This document shows positions 10,964 through 21,486 of a DNA stretch of 64,000 bases, piece after piece. The notes under the pieces were generated by a model, which had not been told where the DNA came from, made no database searches, and was given only the letters and a program-made list of their open reading frames with translations. The stretch is from Phycisphaerae bacterium (GTDB lineage Bacteria > Planctomycetota > Phycisphaerae > WQYP01): contig DASZZD010000079.1 in the NCBI GenBank assembly GCA_035545015.1, positions 623 through 64,622 of the forward strand, written 5' to 3'. A program made the position numbers and the translations under genes. Position 1 is the first letter of the stretch, and every line of letters starts with the position of its first letter.

Positions 10964-11720
10964 GGGGTTTGGCGGCGGTGATGATGGCGAGGAATTCGTC
11001 GGCTTTGAGGGAAGCGCCGCCGACGAGGGCACCGTCGATATCGGGTTGGGAGAGGAGTTCGGCGGCGTTGGAGGCTTTGACGGAGCCGCCATATTGTATG
11101 CGGATGGAGTCGGCGGTGGGGTGGTCGAAGATTTTGGCGAGCTGTGCGCGGACGAAGGCGTGGACTTCCTGGGCCTGGTCCTTGGTGGCGGTGAGGCCGG
11201 TGCCGATGGCCCAGACGGGTTCGTAAGCGATGACCAATTGATTGGCCTTGGATTTGTCGAGGTTTTTGAGGCCTTCGGTGAGCTGGGTTTTGCAGATGTG
11301 GAAGGTTTTGTTGGCCTGGCGTTCTTCTATTTTTTCACCGATGCAGAGGATGGCGGTGAGACCACCGTTGATGGCGGCATGGAGTTTCCTGTTGCAGAGG
11401 GCGTCGGATTCGCCGAGGACGTGGCGGCGTTCGGAGTGGCCGATGAGGACATATTTGCAGCCGACGTCGGTGAGCATGGAGGCGGAGATTTCGCCGGTGA
11501 AGGCGCCGTTTTTCTCGAAGTAGACGTCCTGGGCGCCGAGCTGGATGGGGGCGTTCTGGATGGCCCACTTGACCTGGCCGAGGTAGACGAAGGGGGGGAT
11601 GACGGCGACGTCGGTGTCGCCGAATTGTGCGGATTTGGCGGCGAGGGCCTGGATGAGGGCGAAGGCCTCAGCGGCGGTGAGGTTCATTTTCCAGTTGCCG
11701 GCGACGAAGGGCTTGCGCAT
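10959..11720 (-). CDS. tpiA: Triosephosphate isomerase
   Basis: MRKPFVAGNWKMN…, IGHSERR and AYEPVWAIGTG motifs. Confidence 0.95.
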   Translation of the reverse strand: MRKPFVAGNWKMNLTAAEAFALIQALAAKSAQFGDTDVAVIPPFVYLGQVKWAIQNAPIQLGAQDVYFEKNGAFTGEISASMLTDVGCKYVLIGHSERRHVLGESDALCNRKLHAAINGGLTAILCIGEKIEERQANKTFHICKTQLTEGLKNLDKSKANQLVIAYEPVWAIGTGLTATKDQAQEVHAFVRAQLAKIFDHPTADSIRIQYGGSVKASNAAELLSQPDIDGALVGGASLKADEFLAIITAAKPH

Positions 11721-11929
11721 GAGGGGGGACTCGCTGTTGGGGAGTGAAGCAAAGACGGGCGATTATGGAGGAATGGGGGGCAAAATGGAAGGGGGCGGGG
11801 TTGTGAGAAAGGAACGGGGTTGGGAACGTGGTGGCGGGCGGCGGGGGGTGTCGCGACCCTTTCGTGGGATTGGCGTCGTCACTGCGGCCTCTGGGCCGCC
11901 ATGGGCGGGGACGCACATGCCACGGGTGA

Positions 11930-13081
<1,152 letters not shown>

Positions 13082-13111
13082 GCGAGGGCTGGGGCAGTGA
13101 TGCGTTGAATG

Positions 13112-13145
13112 AAGCCCGTGCGATTTTTCGCGCGGGCTTTTTTTG
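13112..13145 (+). terminator. Rho-independent terminator after gap
   Basis: aagcccgtgcga-ttttt-cgcgcgggctt hairpin followed by a run of T. Confidence 0.7.
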
Positions 13146-13255
13146 TGGCGGCGCTTTGCGGAGCGGGGACATTGCTGGGGTTTCGCGGGGCTGGTACTAT
13201 TTCCGGCTTGCGCGGGGGCGCGGGGGTTTCATCGTGTGAGGAGATTTCATCGCAT

Positions 13256-14219
13256 GCGCATCTTGTTGACGACGGCAAGTTTTCAGGAGACTCCGGGGCG
13301 GCACCATGAGGTGCTGGCGCAGTCAGGGTTTGAGGTAGCGCGGGCGAAGGGGCCGCTGTCGGAGCAGCAGATGCTGGAGCTGGTGACGAAGGATGGGGGA
13401 TTTGATGGGTTTTTGAATGGGGACGATCAGATCACGGCGAAGGTGATTGACGCGGCGCTGCCACGGTTGAAGGTGATAGCGAAGTATGGGATCGGGCTGG
13501 ATTCGATCGACGTGAAGCATGCGACGAGCAAGAAGCTGCCGGTGCTGTTTACGCCGGGGGTGAATCATACGACGGTGGCGGAGCATACGTTTGGGCTGAT
13601 GATTGCGCTGGCGAAGCATTTCTGGCCGAGCCTGCGGAGCACGAAGTCGGGCGGATGGAAGCGGATCACGGGGAGCGAGCTGGCGGGGAAGACGATTTCG
13701 GTGTTGGGCGTGGGACGCATCGGGAAGGAAGTGATCAAGCGGGCGAAGGCGTTCGACATGAACGCGATCGGTTATGACCAGTATTGGGATGAAGCGTTTG
13801 CCAAGCAATATGATGTGAAGCGCGCGGGCACGATCGAAGAGGCGGTGACGCAGGCGGATATCGTGTCGCTGCACATGAACCTGGATGAATCGAATCGCGG
13901 GTTCATCAACAAGGGGCTGATCAGCAAGATGCGCAAGGGGTCTTACATCATCAATACCGCGCGCGGCGGGTTGGTGGTGGAAAACGACATTGCGGAGGCG
14001 TGCAGGAGCGGGCACCTGGGCGGCTACGGCACGGACGTGCTCAACGAGGAGCCGCCGGCGAAGGATCATCCGTTCACGCAGATCGACAACATTCTGGTGA
14101 CGCCGCACATTGGGAGCCGGACGTTCGAGAGCGTGGAGCGACAGGCGTTGCGGGCGGTGCAGAATATCGTGGAGTTTTTGAAGGGCGGGAAAGATTACAT
14201 TCAGGCGAACAAGTTCTGA
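13256..14219 (+). CDS. D-isomer-specific 2-hydroxyacid dehydrogenase (SerA/PGDH-like)
   Basis: GVGRIGKEV NAD-binding motif. Catalytic-domain layout. Start taken at MRILLTT. Confidence 0.85.
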
Positions 14220-14222
14220 AGC

Positions 14223-14684
14223 ATGGCAAACCTGGGCGAAAATGACTATCGGAGCGGGGCGTACGAGCGGCTGCTGGAAGCGCAGAATCTTCAGCGAAGC
14301 AGATTGTTTGCGGGCGCGATTTACCTGGCAGGACGGGGTGTGGAGGGGATGCTGCGAGCGGTCATATGGAAGGGAGACGTACACATCAAAGCTGGGCGGA
14401 AGTCGCTGGAAACGGGTCATGACCTGCGTGATCTGCTGACGGAGATCGCGAATCTGGGTCTGCTACGGCGTGACGACCGGGACGAACGGTTTCGGGTGAA
14501 CGTACACAGGGTAGCCCGGTTATGGTTCAACGACATGCGTTTTGTGCCGTCGAGGTACGTAGAAAGGCGTTGGCGGAGAATCGGGGCCATTTCCGGCCGG
14601 GGGAATTTCAGCCAAGCCGCCGTCGAGTATCATGGCTGGTGTCTGGAAGTTGCCAAGCGCTGTGAGGCATTATGCGACCAGTGA
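14223..14684 (+). CDS. HEPN-domain protein (canonical PF05168-like) with C-terminal tail
   Basis: AIYLAGRGVEGMLRAVIWKGDVHIKAGRKSLETGHDLRDLL fits the HEPN helix pair plus the R-X6-H/THDL motif, and …FVPSRYVERR fits the SRYP-like end. Atypical codons (gta, cta, tta, aga, agg). Only 3 nt after the serA-like stop. Confidence 0.55.
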   Translation: MANLGENDYRSGAYERLLEAQNLQRSRLFAGAIYLAGRGVEGMLRAVIWKGDVHIKAGRKSLETGHDLRDLLTEIANLGLLRRDDRDERFRVNVHRVARLWFNDMRFVPSRYVERRWRRIGAISGRGNFSQAAVEYHGWCLEVAKRCEALCDQ

Positions 14685-14977
14685 GCAAGAAACGGCTAGA
14701 GGGACTGTTGACGAAGGAGCTGAAGCTAGCGGATGCGAGCTTTCGGCTGCAGCGGAATGGTTCGCGTTGGAGCGGGTCGATCATTTCGCGGTCGTTTCGC
14801 GGGCGTGATGACCTGAAGCGTCAGCGGCAGATCTGGGACGCACTGGAAAATGCTTTTGGAGAGGATTCACGGCAGGTGGTGGGGATGTTGTTTGCATACA
14901 CGCCTGATGAATGGGATATGGATTTGGAAGGTTTGCCGGCGCGTCCGCAACGGGCTCGCCGGCCATCGTCAAACTGA
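14672..14977 (+). CDS. Small hypothetical protein overlapping the HEPN gene by 13 nt (possible degenerate nucleotidyltransferase or antitoxin partner)
   Basis: Translational coupling with the HEPN gene. NGSRWSG resembles the GSxxxG of minimal nucleotidyltransferases, but a clear DxD is absent. Atypical codon usage. Confidence 0.4.
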   Translation: MRPVSKKRLEGLLTKELKLADASFRLQRNGSRWSGSIISRSFRGRDDLKRQRQIWDALENAFGEDSRQVVGMLFAYTPDEWDMDLEGLPARPQRARRPSSN

Positions 14978-14996
14978 ATGCACTTTGGAGCTTGAA

Positions 14997-16553
14997 ATGG
15001 ATAAGACGGCTGTTGCGGATGTCGGATTGATCGGTTTGGCGGTGATGGGCGAGAATTTGGCGCTCAACATGGCTGACCATGGGTATAAAGTGGCGGTGTA
15101 TAACCGGACGACGGAGGTGATGAAGAAGTTCATCGCGCGGGAGAATCCGCCGGGCGGGCTGGTGGGGTGCGAGACGCTGAAGGAACTGGTGGCGGCGATC
15201 AAGAAGCCGCGGAAGATCATTATTCTGGTGAAGGCGGGGCCGGCGGTGGATGCGGTGGTGAAGCAGCTTTTCGAGGCGGGGGTGGAGCCGGACGATATCG
15301 TGGCGGACTGCGGGAACTCGCTGTTTACGGACACGATTCGGCGGGAGAAGGAGTATGCGGCGAAGTGCAAGTTTTTCGGTTCGGGGGTTTCGGGCGGGGA
15401 GGTGGGGGCGCGGTTTGGGCCCTCGATGATGCCTGGGGGCGATCCGGATTCGTGGAAGCATTTGAAGCCGATCTGGGAGGCGGTGGCGGCGAAGGTGGAT
15501 GCGAAGACGGGCAAGCCGCTGGAGGATTACGCGCCGGGGAAACCGGTGGTGGGCGGGGTTCCATGCACGGCATACCTGGGGCCGAACGGGGCGGGGCATT
15601 ATGTGAAGATGGTGCACAACGGGATCGAATACATCGACATGCAGTTGATCTCGGAAGCGTACACGCTGATGTCGAATCTGCTGGGGATGAAGGCGCCGGA
15701 AATTGGCAAGGTGTTCGAGCAGTGGAACACGGGCGAGCTGGACAGCTATCTGATCCAGATCACGGCGGACATCCTGCAGCAACATGATCCGGTGCACAAG
15801 GAGGGATACCTCGTCGATTACATCCTGGACGCGGCGGGGCAGAAGGGCACGGGGAAGTGGACGAGCACGAACGCGCTGGACATGGGCATTCCGGCGAACG
15901 CGATCGCGGAGGCGGTCTTTGCGCGGTGCCTGTCGGCGTTGAAGGATGAGCGCGTGGAGGCGAGCAAGGTACTGAAGGGCCCGGCCAATGCGGCGAGCGC
16001 GGAGCAGGCGGCGCAGTGGTTCGGTGGGAAGCGCGAAGATTTGATCGCGGCGATCCGAGATGCGCTGTATTGCTCGAAGATTTGTGCGTATGCGCAGGGA
16101 TTCCAGCTCATGCGGGAGGCGCAGAAGGAATACAAGTGGAAGCTGAATTTCGCGGAGATCGCGGCGATTTTCCGCGGCGGGTGCATCATCCGGGCGCGGT
16201 TCCTGCAGAAAATCACCGACGCTTACACCAAGAATGCGAACCTGGTGAATCTGCTGCTCGATCCTTATTTCAACGAGCAGATTCAGAAGGGGCAGGGGAA
16301 TTGGCGCAAGGTGGTGGCGCTGGCGGCGACCAACGGGGTGGCGGCGCCGGCGTTCATGTCGGCGCTGGCGTATTACGATGGGTATCGGTCGGCGCGACTG
16401 CCGGCGAATTTGCTGCAGGGGCAGCGGGATTACTTCGGGGCGCATACGTATGAGCGCGTGGATGCGCCGCGCGGGAAGTTTTTCCATACGGATTGGCCGG
16501 AGAAGGGGCGGCCGCAGATTGATATCGTGCCGGGGAGCGGGGGCGGGCACTGA
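14997..16553 (+). CDS. gnd: 6-phosphogluconate dehydrogenase, decarboxylating
   Basis: [30 protein letters not shown]…, full-length Gnd. Start at MDKTAV (ATG 14997). Confidence 0.9.
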   Translation: MDKTAVADVGLIGLAVMGENLALNMADHGYKVAVYNRTTEVMKKFIARENPPGGLVGCETLKELVAAIKKPRKIIILVKAGPAVDAVVKQLFEAGVEPDDIVADCGNSLFTDTIRREKEYAAKCKFFGSGVSGGEVGARFGPSMMPGGDPDSWKHLKPIWEAVAAKVDAKTGKPLEDYAPGKPVVGGVPCTAYLGPNGAGHYVKMVHNGIEYIDMQLISEAYTLMSNLLGMKAPEIGKVFEQWNTGELDSYLIQITADILQQHDPVHKEGYLVDYILDAAGQKGTGKWTSTNALDMGIPANAIAEAVFARCLSALKDERVEASKVLKGPANAASAEQAAQWFGGKREDLIAAIRDALYCSKICAYAQGFQLMREAQKEYKWKLNFAEIAAIFRGGCIIRARFLQKITDAYTKNANLVNLLLDPYFNEQIQKGQGNWRKVVALAATNGVAAPAFMSALAYYDGYRSARLPANLLQGQRDYFGAHTYERVDAPRGKFFHTDWPEKGRPQIDIVPGSGGGH

Positions 16554-16584
16554 GACCGGGTGTGACAGGCTCTAGGTCAGGCGT

Positions 16585-17433
16585 GTGGTCTTCGATATAA
16601 TTTCACCGAGGAGACTCACCGTGACCACGATGGTGCCGAGCCATGACCGCCGAAATGATCCGGCGGTGGGTGCGCGCCTTTATTTGTTTACGGTGGACGA
16701 ATACTTTGCGCTTGGCGAGACGGGTATTCTGCCGGAAGACGACCCTGTCGAATTGATAGAGGGCCTTCTCGCGATTAAGAGCGACATCGTGCCGCCGTAT
16801 GGTGTTCCGGTGGGCATACCGCCACGGGAGATCTGGCCTGAGGGGGCGGCATGGACGAACCATCCGCTACGTCGTCTGACGGTCAGGGAATATGCAAAGA
16901 TCGTTCGTGCGGGTATTCTCGATCCCACGAAGCGTCACGAACTGATCGAAGGCTGGATCGTTGAAAAAATGAGTCGCAATCCCCCGCACGACTATGTGCT
17001 TTCGTCGATTCAGGACCTTTTGGGTGCGGCGCTTCCCGCAGACTGGTACTTGCGTGTGCAGATGGGGGTAACGCTGGATGAAAGCACGCCGGAGCCAGAT
17101 CTCGCGGTGGTGATATGGCCGCGCACTTACTTTCAGGAGCGGCATCCGACGCCGGGAGAAATCGGCTTGATCGTGGAGGTGGCCGATACGACCCTGCCGC
17201 TGGATCTGGGGCCGAAGCGCCGCTCCTACGCACGGAACGGGGTATCGCAATATTGGGTTGCTGATTTGCCGAATCGGCAACTTCACGTATTCAGCGATCC
17301 CAGCGGTCCGACGGATGTGCCGGCATTTGGCCAGCACCGGACACTCACGCTCAATGACCAGGTGTCGCTAAACATCCTGGACAAGCTGGTCGCCGGCTTT
17401 GCTGTGCGCGATTTATTCGGCTTACAAAGCTGA
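16585..17433 (+). CDS. Uma2 family endonuclease (DUF820, PD-(D/E)XK) with duplicated N-terminal segment
   Basis: EPDLAVVIW…GEIGLIVEVADTT…YARNGVSQYWVADL core. Two tandem copies of the N-terminal motif (LYLFTVDEYFALGETGILPEDDPVELIEG and RRLTVREYAKIVRAGILDPTKRHELIEG). Atypical codons (ata, tta, cta, aga). The start may be 16630. Confidence 0.75.
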   Translation: MVFDIISPRRLTVTTMVPSHDRRNDPAVGARLYLFTVDEYFALGETGILPEDDPVELIEGLLAIKSDIVPPYGVPVGIPPREIWPEGAAWTNHPLRRLTVREYAKIVRAGILDPTKRHELIEGWIVEKMSRNPPHDYVLSSIQDLLGAALPADWYLRVQMGVTLDESTPEPDLAVVIWPRTYFQERHPTPGEIGLIVEVADTTLPLDLGPKRRSYARNGVSQYWVADLPNRQLHVFSDPSGPTDVPAFGQHRTLTLNDQVSLNILDKLVAGFAVRDLFGLQS

Positions 17434-17434
17434 A

Positions 17435-18556
17435 ATGCTTGCTACTTTTGCCAAGGAATCTTTTGTGCCCACGAATTACATTCTTCCGACCAATGTTCAT
17501 AACGCTCTTGTCGAGGCGGCTTATCGTCATCGCGGCTACACCGAGGACGAGGCGGCGGCGGGGGCGAAGTTTTCGGAGTTGACGGCGTGGCACGGCATCA
17601 AGACGCATAACGCGATCAAGGCGCTGCATCTGGATGAGTTGTTCGGGTCGAAGGCGGGCGGGTGCAAACCGGGGGCGCAGATCACGAAGATTCCGTCGAA
17701 GTACAAGGCGGTGGAGAAGTGGGATGCGAACCGGAAGCTGGGGCAGGCGACGGCGTTTGCGGCGATGGACCGGTGCATGCAACTGGCGGACGAGTATGGG
17801 ACGGGGATCGTCGCGGTGGACAATGCGTTTCATTATTTGTGGGGCGGCGGGTATGTGATCGATGCGGCGAAGAAGGGGTACGTCGCGTACACGGCGTGCA
17901 CGGCGGCGCTGGCGGAAGTTGTGCCGTTTGGCGGGCGGTATCCGACGCTGGGGACGAACCCGCACTCGTGGGGATTTCCGACGACGGAGGAGATTGGGTT
18001 TCCGATCTGCATCGATTGGGCGACATCGGTGGTGGCGATGGGAAGGATTCAGCAGTTCATTCGTGAGGGGAAGGCGGTGCCGGAGGGATGGGGCGTGGAT
18101 GAGGCGGGGAATCCGACAACGGATCCGAATAAGGTGAAGGCGCTGTTTCCGTTCGGGCAGCACAAGGGATATGGGCTGTCGCTGATCGACGAGTTGTATG
18201 CGGCGTATATTGGCGGCTCGACGCCGACGATTCGGAATCGCTGGGACAAGGTGCCGGCGGGGGAGAAGGGGACGTGCTGCTTTTATTTTCAGTGCACGCG
18301 GCCGGATGCGATCGCGGTGGATTTCGTGAAAGGGCGGACGCAGAAGGACAACGTGAAGGCGGTGATTTCCGATATTCTGGGGCACGGGAATGAGAAGGCG
18401 ATTTTGCCCGGGCAACTGGAGGCGAACGCGGCGGCGCTGTCGGCGAAGCATGGGGGGCTGCTGTTTACAAAGGCGGAGATCGAGGCGTTCGGGGAGATCG
18501 CGAAGGAGGCGGGGTTCAGGTTTGATGCGGCGGGGCTGAAGACGATTGAAGCGTGA
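17435..18556 (+). CDS. Ldh_2 family (malate/L-lactate/sulfolactate dehydrogenase-like) oxidoreductase
   Basis: Family-typical length and motifs (…GTNPHSWGFP…GQHKGYGLSLIDEL…). Host-like codon usage after the first ~14 codons. Confidence 0.8.
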   Translation: MLATFAKESFVPTNYILPTNVHNALVEAAYRHRGYTEDEAAAGAKFSELTAWHGIKTHNAIKALHLDELFGSKAGGCKPGAQITKIPSKYKAVEKWDANRKLGQATAFAAMDRCMQLADEYGTGIVAVDNAFHYLWGGGYVIDAAKKGYVAYTACTAALAEVVPFGGRYPTLGTNPHSWGFPTTEEIGFPICIDWATSVVAMGRIQQFIREGKAVPEGWGVDEAGNPTTDPNKVKALFPFGQHKGYGLSLIDELYAAYIGGSTPTIRNRWDKVPAGEKGTCCFYFQCTRPDAIAVDFVKGRTQKDNVKAVISDILGHGNEKAILPGQLEANAAALSAKHGGLLFTKAEIEAFGEIAKEAGFRFDAAGLKTIEA

Positions 18557-18562
18557 GTTCAC

Positions 18563-19021
18563 ATGGTCGTCAGAAGCCGCAGCCGTTTACGCGGGCCGTT
18601 GGGAGATGATTATCTTCGGCTTGTGCGTGCGCATCCTCTCAAGGCCATCCGCAGCGATACGGAGCTGCGCGCCGCGCACGGAGTGCTCGATACGCTTGCC
18701 GCGATCGACGAAGAAAGGCTTACTTCCGGCCAGGCCGACTATCTTCTGGCGCTCACCGATCTTGTCTGGGCGTATGAACAGCAGCATCACGCGGTGGATC
18801 TTGCGACGGGCGATCGTGCCGACGGCATCGATGTGCTTCGCGTGCTGCTCGACGAGAACAATCTGAATGCCAGCGACCTGGGCCGGCTGCTGGGGAAACG
18901 GCAACTTGGCTCCGCTATTTTGCGAGGTAAACGGCAACTTTCAAAGGCGCATGTCGTGCGGCTGGCGGATTATTTCGGCGTTTCCACGGACATTTTGCTC
19001 CGCACGAAATCTCGACGATAA
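18563..19021 (+). CDS. HigA-like XRE-family HTH protein (COG5499-type antitoxin); no toxin gene adjacent
   Basis: C-terminal HTH LGRLLGKRQLGSAILRGKRQLSKAHVVRLADYFGVS. N-terminal ELRAAHGVLDTLAA…YLLALTDLVWAYE is typical of HigA-type antitoxins. Atypical C/T-ending codons on a strand where host genes are G-ending. Confidence 0.6.
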   Translation: MVVRSRSRLRGPLGDDYLRLVRAHPLKAIRSDTELRAAHGVLDTLAAIDEERLTSGQADYLLALTDLVWAYEQQHHAVDLATGDRADGIDVLRVLLDENNLNASDLGRLLGKRQLGSAILRGKRQLSKAHVVRLADYFGVSTDILLRTKSRR

Positions 19022-19063
19022 TCCACTTTCCTTCTCTCACTCTGCCTCAGAAAAGGATTCTTC

Positions 19064-19861
19064 ATGCCTGACAACTTCTTCGATATTTCCGGAAAAGTCG
19101 TTCTTGTTACCGGCGGGACGTCCGGGATCGGGCGGGCGATTGCGCTGGGGTGCGCCAGGGCGGGGGCGAATGTCGTTGCGGGATCCAGCTCGCCGGACAA
19201 GGTGGCGGCGATCAAAGAGGAGCTGGATAACCTCGACAGCGGGCATGATGCGGTGGCGATCAACGTGACCGATGAGGGGTCGGTGAAGGCGGCGTTTGAT
19301 CGGGCGATTCAGAAATACGGGCGCGTGGATGGCGTGGTGCATGCGGCGGGGGTGATCAAGCGGCAGCCGTCGCTGGAGATGCCGGCGGCGGAGTTTCGGC
19401 GTATCGTGGATGTGAACCTGACGGGGACGTTCATTGTGAACCAGGCGGCGGGGCGGGTGATGAAGGGGCAGAAGCCGGATGAGAAGACCGGGGAGCGCGG
19501 GTCGATCGTGAACATTGCGTCGCTGAATTCGTACATTTCGCTGACGGAAGTGATGGCGTACGCGGCGTCGAAGTCGGGGGTGCTGGGGATCATCCGGGGG
19601 CTGGCCAATGAGTGGGCGCAGCATGGGATTCGGGTGAACGGCATTGCGCCGGGAGTGTTTCCGACGGACCTGAATCGCAAGCTGATTGAGGGTACGCCGC
19701 GCGGGGAGTTTCTCAAGGCGCACACGCCGCAGGGTCGTTTCGGCATGGCGGAGGAACTGGTGGGCGCGGCGGTGTATCTGCTCTCGCCGGCGGCTTCGTA
19801 TACGAATGGGCACACGATCATTGTGGACGGGGGATTCTTGACGCGCGGCGTGGGCGTGTGA
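19064..19861 (+). CDS. SDR family oxidoreductase
   Basis: VLVTGGTSGIGRAIA Rossmann motif and YAASK catalytic motif. Confidence 0.9.
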   Translation: MPDNFFDISGKVVLVTGGTSGIGRAIALGCARAGANVVAGSSSPDKVAAIKEELDNLDSGHDAVAINVTDEGSVKAAFDRAIQKYGRVDGVVHAAGVIKRQPSLEMPAAEFRRIVDVNLTGTFIVNQAAGRVMKGQKPDEKTGERGSIVNIASLNSYISLTEVMAYAASKSGVLGIIRGLANEWAQHGIRVNGIAPGVFPTDLNRKLIEGTPRGEFLKAHTPQGRFGMAEELVGAAVYLLSPAASYTNGHTIIVDGGFLTRGVGV

Positions 19862-19887
19862 TGGCGCACCTTCGGCATGAGGCATGA

Positions 19888-20376
19888 ATGACCTTTGAAG
19901 ATCCGGTCCTCGGGTATGAGCCGCCAGAGGGGTACGAGAGTGCGCCGAAGCTGGTAAGGCTCGCGGGGACATTCAACATCATTGTTGCGGTGCTGGATAT
20001 TCTCAGTGCGCTGGGCCTGGGGACGATGATCGTATTGCTGGCGACGGGCATTGTGCCGGAGGCGATGCTGGACAGCGAACCGGGCATGGCTCTTGGGGGA
20101 AGCCGGCCGCCTCTGGCATTGTTTCTGGTGACGTGGGGTTGTTGCGCGGCGCTCGAGATAGCGGTGGCGGTGGTGAAATTGGTGGGCGCAACCAAGCTGT
20201 TGCACACAAGCCGGAACGCGTGGGGATGGGGACTGGCCACGGGAATCGTCGGCTGCGGACAGTTCTGGTGCGGGCTTACGTGCGTTCTTCCGATGGCGGC
20301 GGGGATTTATACGATCGTGATTCTGTGCCGGGAGGATGTGCGGCGATATCTGCGGGATGCGGCGATGATGGAATAA
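19888..20376 (+). CDS. Hypothetical membrane protein (about 4 TM helices)
   Basis: Hydrophobic segments. Host-like codon usage. No family recognised. Confidence 0.5.
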   Translation: MTFEDPVLGYEPPEGYESAPKLVRLAGTFNIIVAVLDILSALGLGTMIVLLATGIVPEAMLDSEPGMALGGSRPPLALFLVTWGCCAALEIAVAVVKLVGATKLLHTSRNAWGWGLATGIVGCGQFWCGLTCVLPMAAGIYTIVILCREDVRRYLRDAAMME

Positions 20377-20493
20377 TGAGCGGCAGGCCACCTCCAAGGC
20401 AGCGGACGGGTTACCATTCGCGGGCTCAGGGAAAGCAAATGACCACTATCCATCAGCCACCGCCGTCGCTGGAGATTTTGGCGGTGGGGGTTT

Positions 20494-21450
20494 TCAGTCG
20501 GGTCGTGTTGTGCCTGGCGGATGTGGCGGCGGATCCGCGTGATCCTCATCCCGGTGGATTTTCGGGCGTGGCGCCAGGGCCCAGCGCAGGGCCGCCTCCA
20601 GGGTCGGGTGGGTGAAGGCGAAGTCTTTGGGGAGGCGCGTAGCGGCGACGCGCTGGGAGGCGAGGAGCGCTTCCTTGCCCATCGCGCCGAAGAGTGCTTT
20701 CACGGCAAAAGACGGCATGGGGAAGATCACCGGGCGATGCTGGATGTGGCCGAGTGTGCGCATGAAGGCGTTTTGGCGCGTGGCGCCGGCGACGACGTTG
20801 ATCGGGCCGCGGAGGGTGGGATCGCTCAGCATGGCGGCGAGCATGGCGATGGCGTCGTGGAGGGAAATCCAGGAGAGGAATTGGCGGCCGGAGCCGATGG
20901 GCCCGGCGAGGCCGAGTTTGGTGGGGGTGCGAAGTTTGGCGAGTGCGCCGCCGTCTTTGGAGAGGACGACGCCGAGGCGGGCGTGGATCACGCGGATGCC
21001 CGCTTCTTCGGCGGGGCGGGTGGCGGCTTCCCAGGCGCGGCAGACATCGGCGAGGAAGGAGCGGCCCTCAGGAGGTAGTGGGGACTCTTCGGTGAGCAGT
21101 TCGTCGCCGCGGTCGCCGTAGATGGCGGTGGCGGAGGCGGAGATCAGCGTGTGCGGTCGCTGGTGCTGGGGAAGGCTTGCGAGGAAGGCGGCGAGCTTTT
21201 CCGTGGCGGTGACGCGCGAGCGCCAGATTTCGTCGCGGCGGCGGCGCGTCCAGCGCACGGCGATGTTGCGGCCGGCGAGATGGATAAGGGCATCGATGCG
21301 GGAGGGCGTCCGCACTTCGCCGGTGGTGACGTTCCAAGAGGGTTCACGTCCATCGCGGCGCAGCGGGATGACCATGTGGCCGTCGTGCAGGAGAAGCGTG
21401 GAAAGAGCGCGTCCGATGAGGCCGGAAGATCCGGTGATGGCGACGCGCAT
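20494..21450 (-). CDS. TIGR01777 (YfcH-like) epimerase-family oxidoreductase
   Basis: MRVAITGSSGLIGRAL…DUF1731-like C-terminus. Confidence 0.8.
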   Translation of the reverse strand: MRVAITGSSGLIGRALSTLLLHDGHMVIPLRRDGREPSWNVTTGEVRTPSRIDALIHLAGRNIAVRWTRRRRDEIWRSRVTATEKLAAFLASLPQHQRPHTLISASATAIYGDRGDELLTEESPLPPEGRSFLADVCRAWEAATRPAEEAGIRVIHARLGVVLSKDGGALAKLRTPTKLGLAGPIGSGRQFLSWISLHDAIAMLAAMLSDPTLRGPINVVAGATRQNAFMRTLGHIQHRPVIFPMPSFAVKALFGAMGKEALLASQRVAATRLPKDFAFTHPTLEAALRWALAPRPKIHRDEDHADPPPHPPGTTRPD

Positions 21451-21486
21451 CAGACACCTGTTAAACGGAAAGATGGCGTGCGAGCG

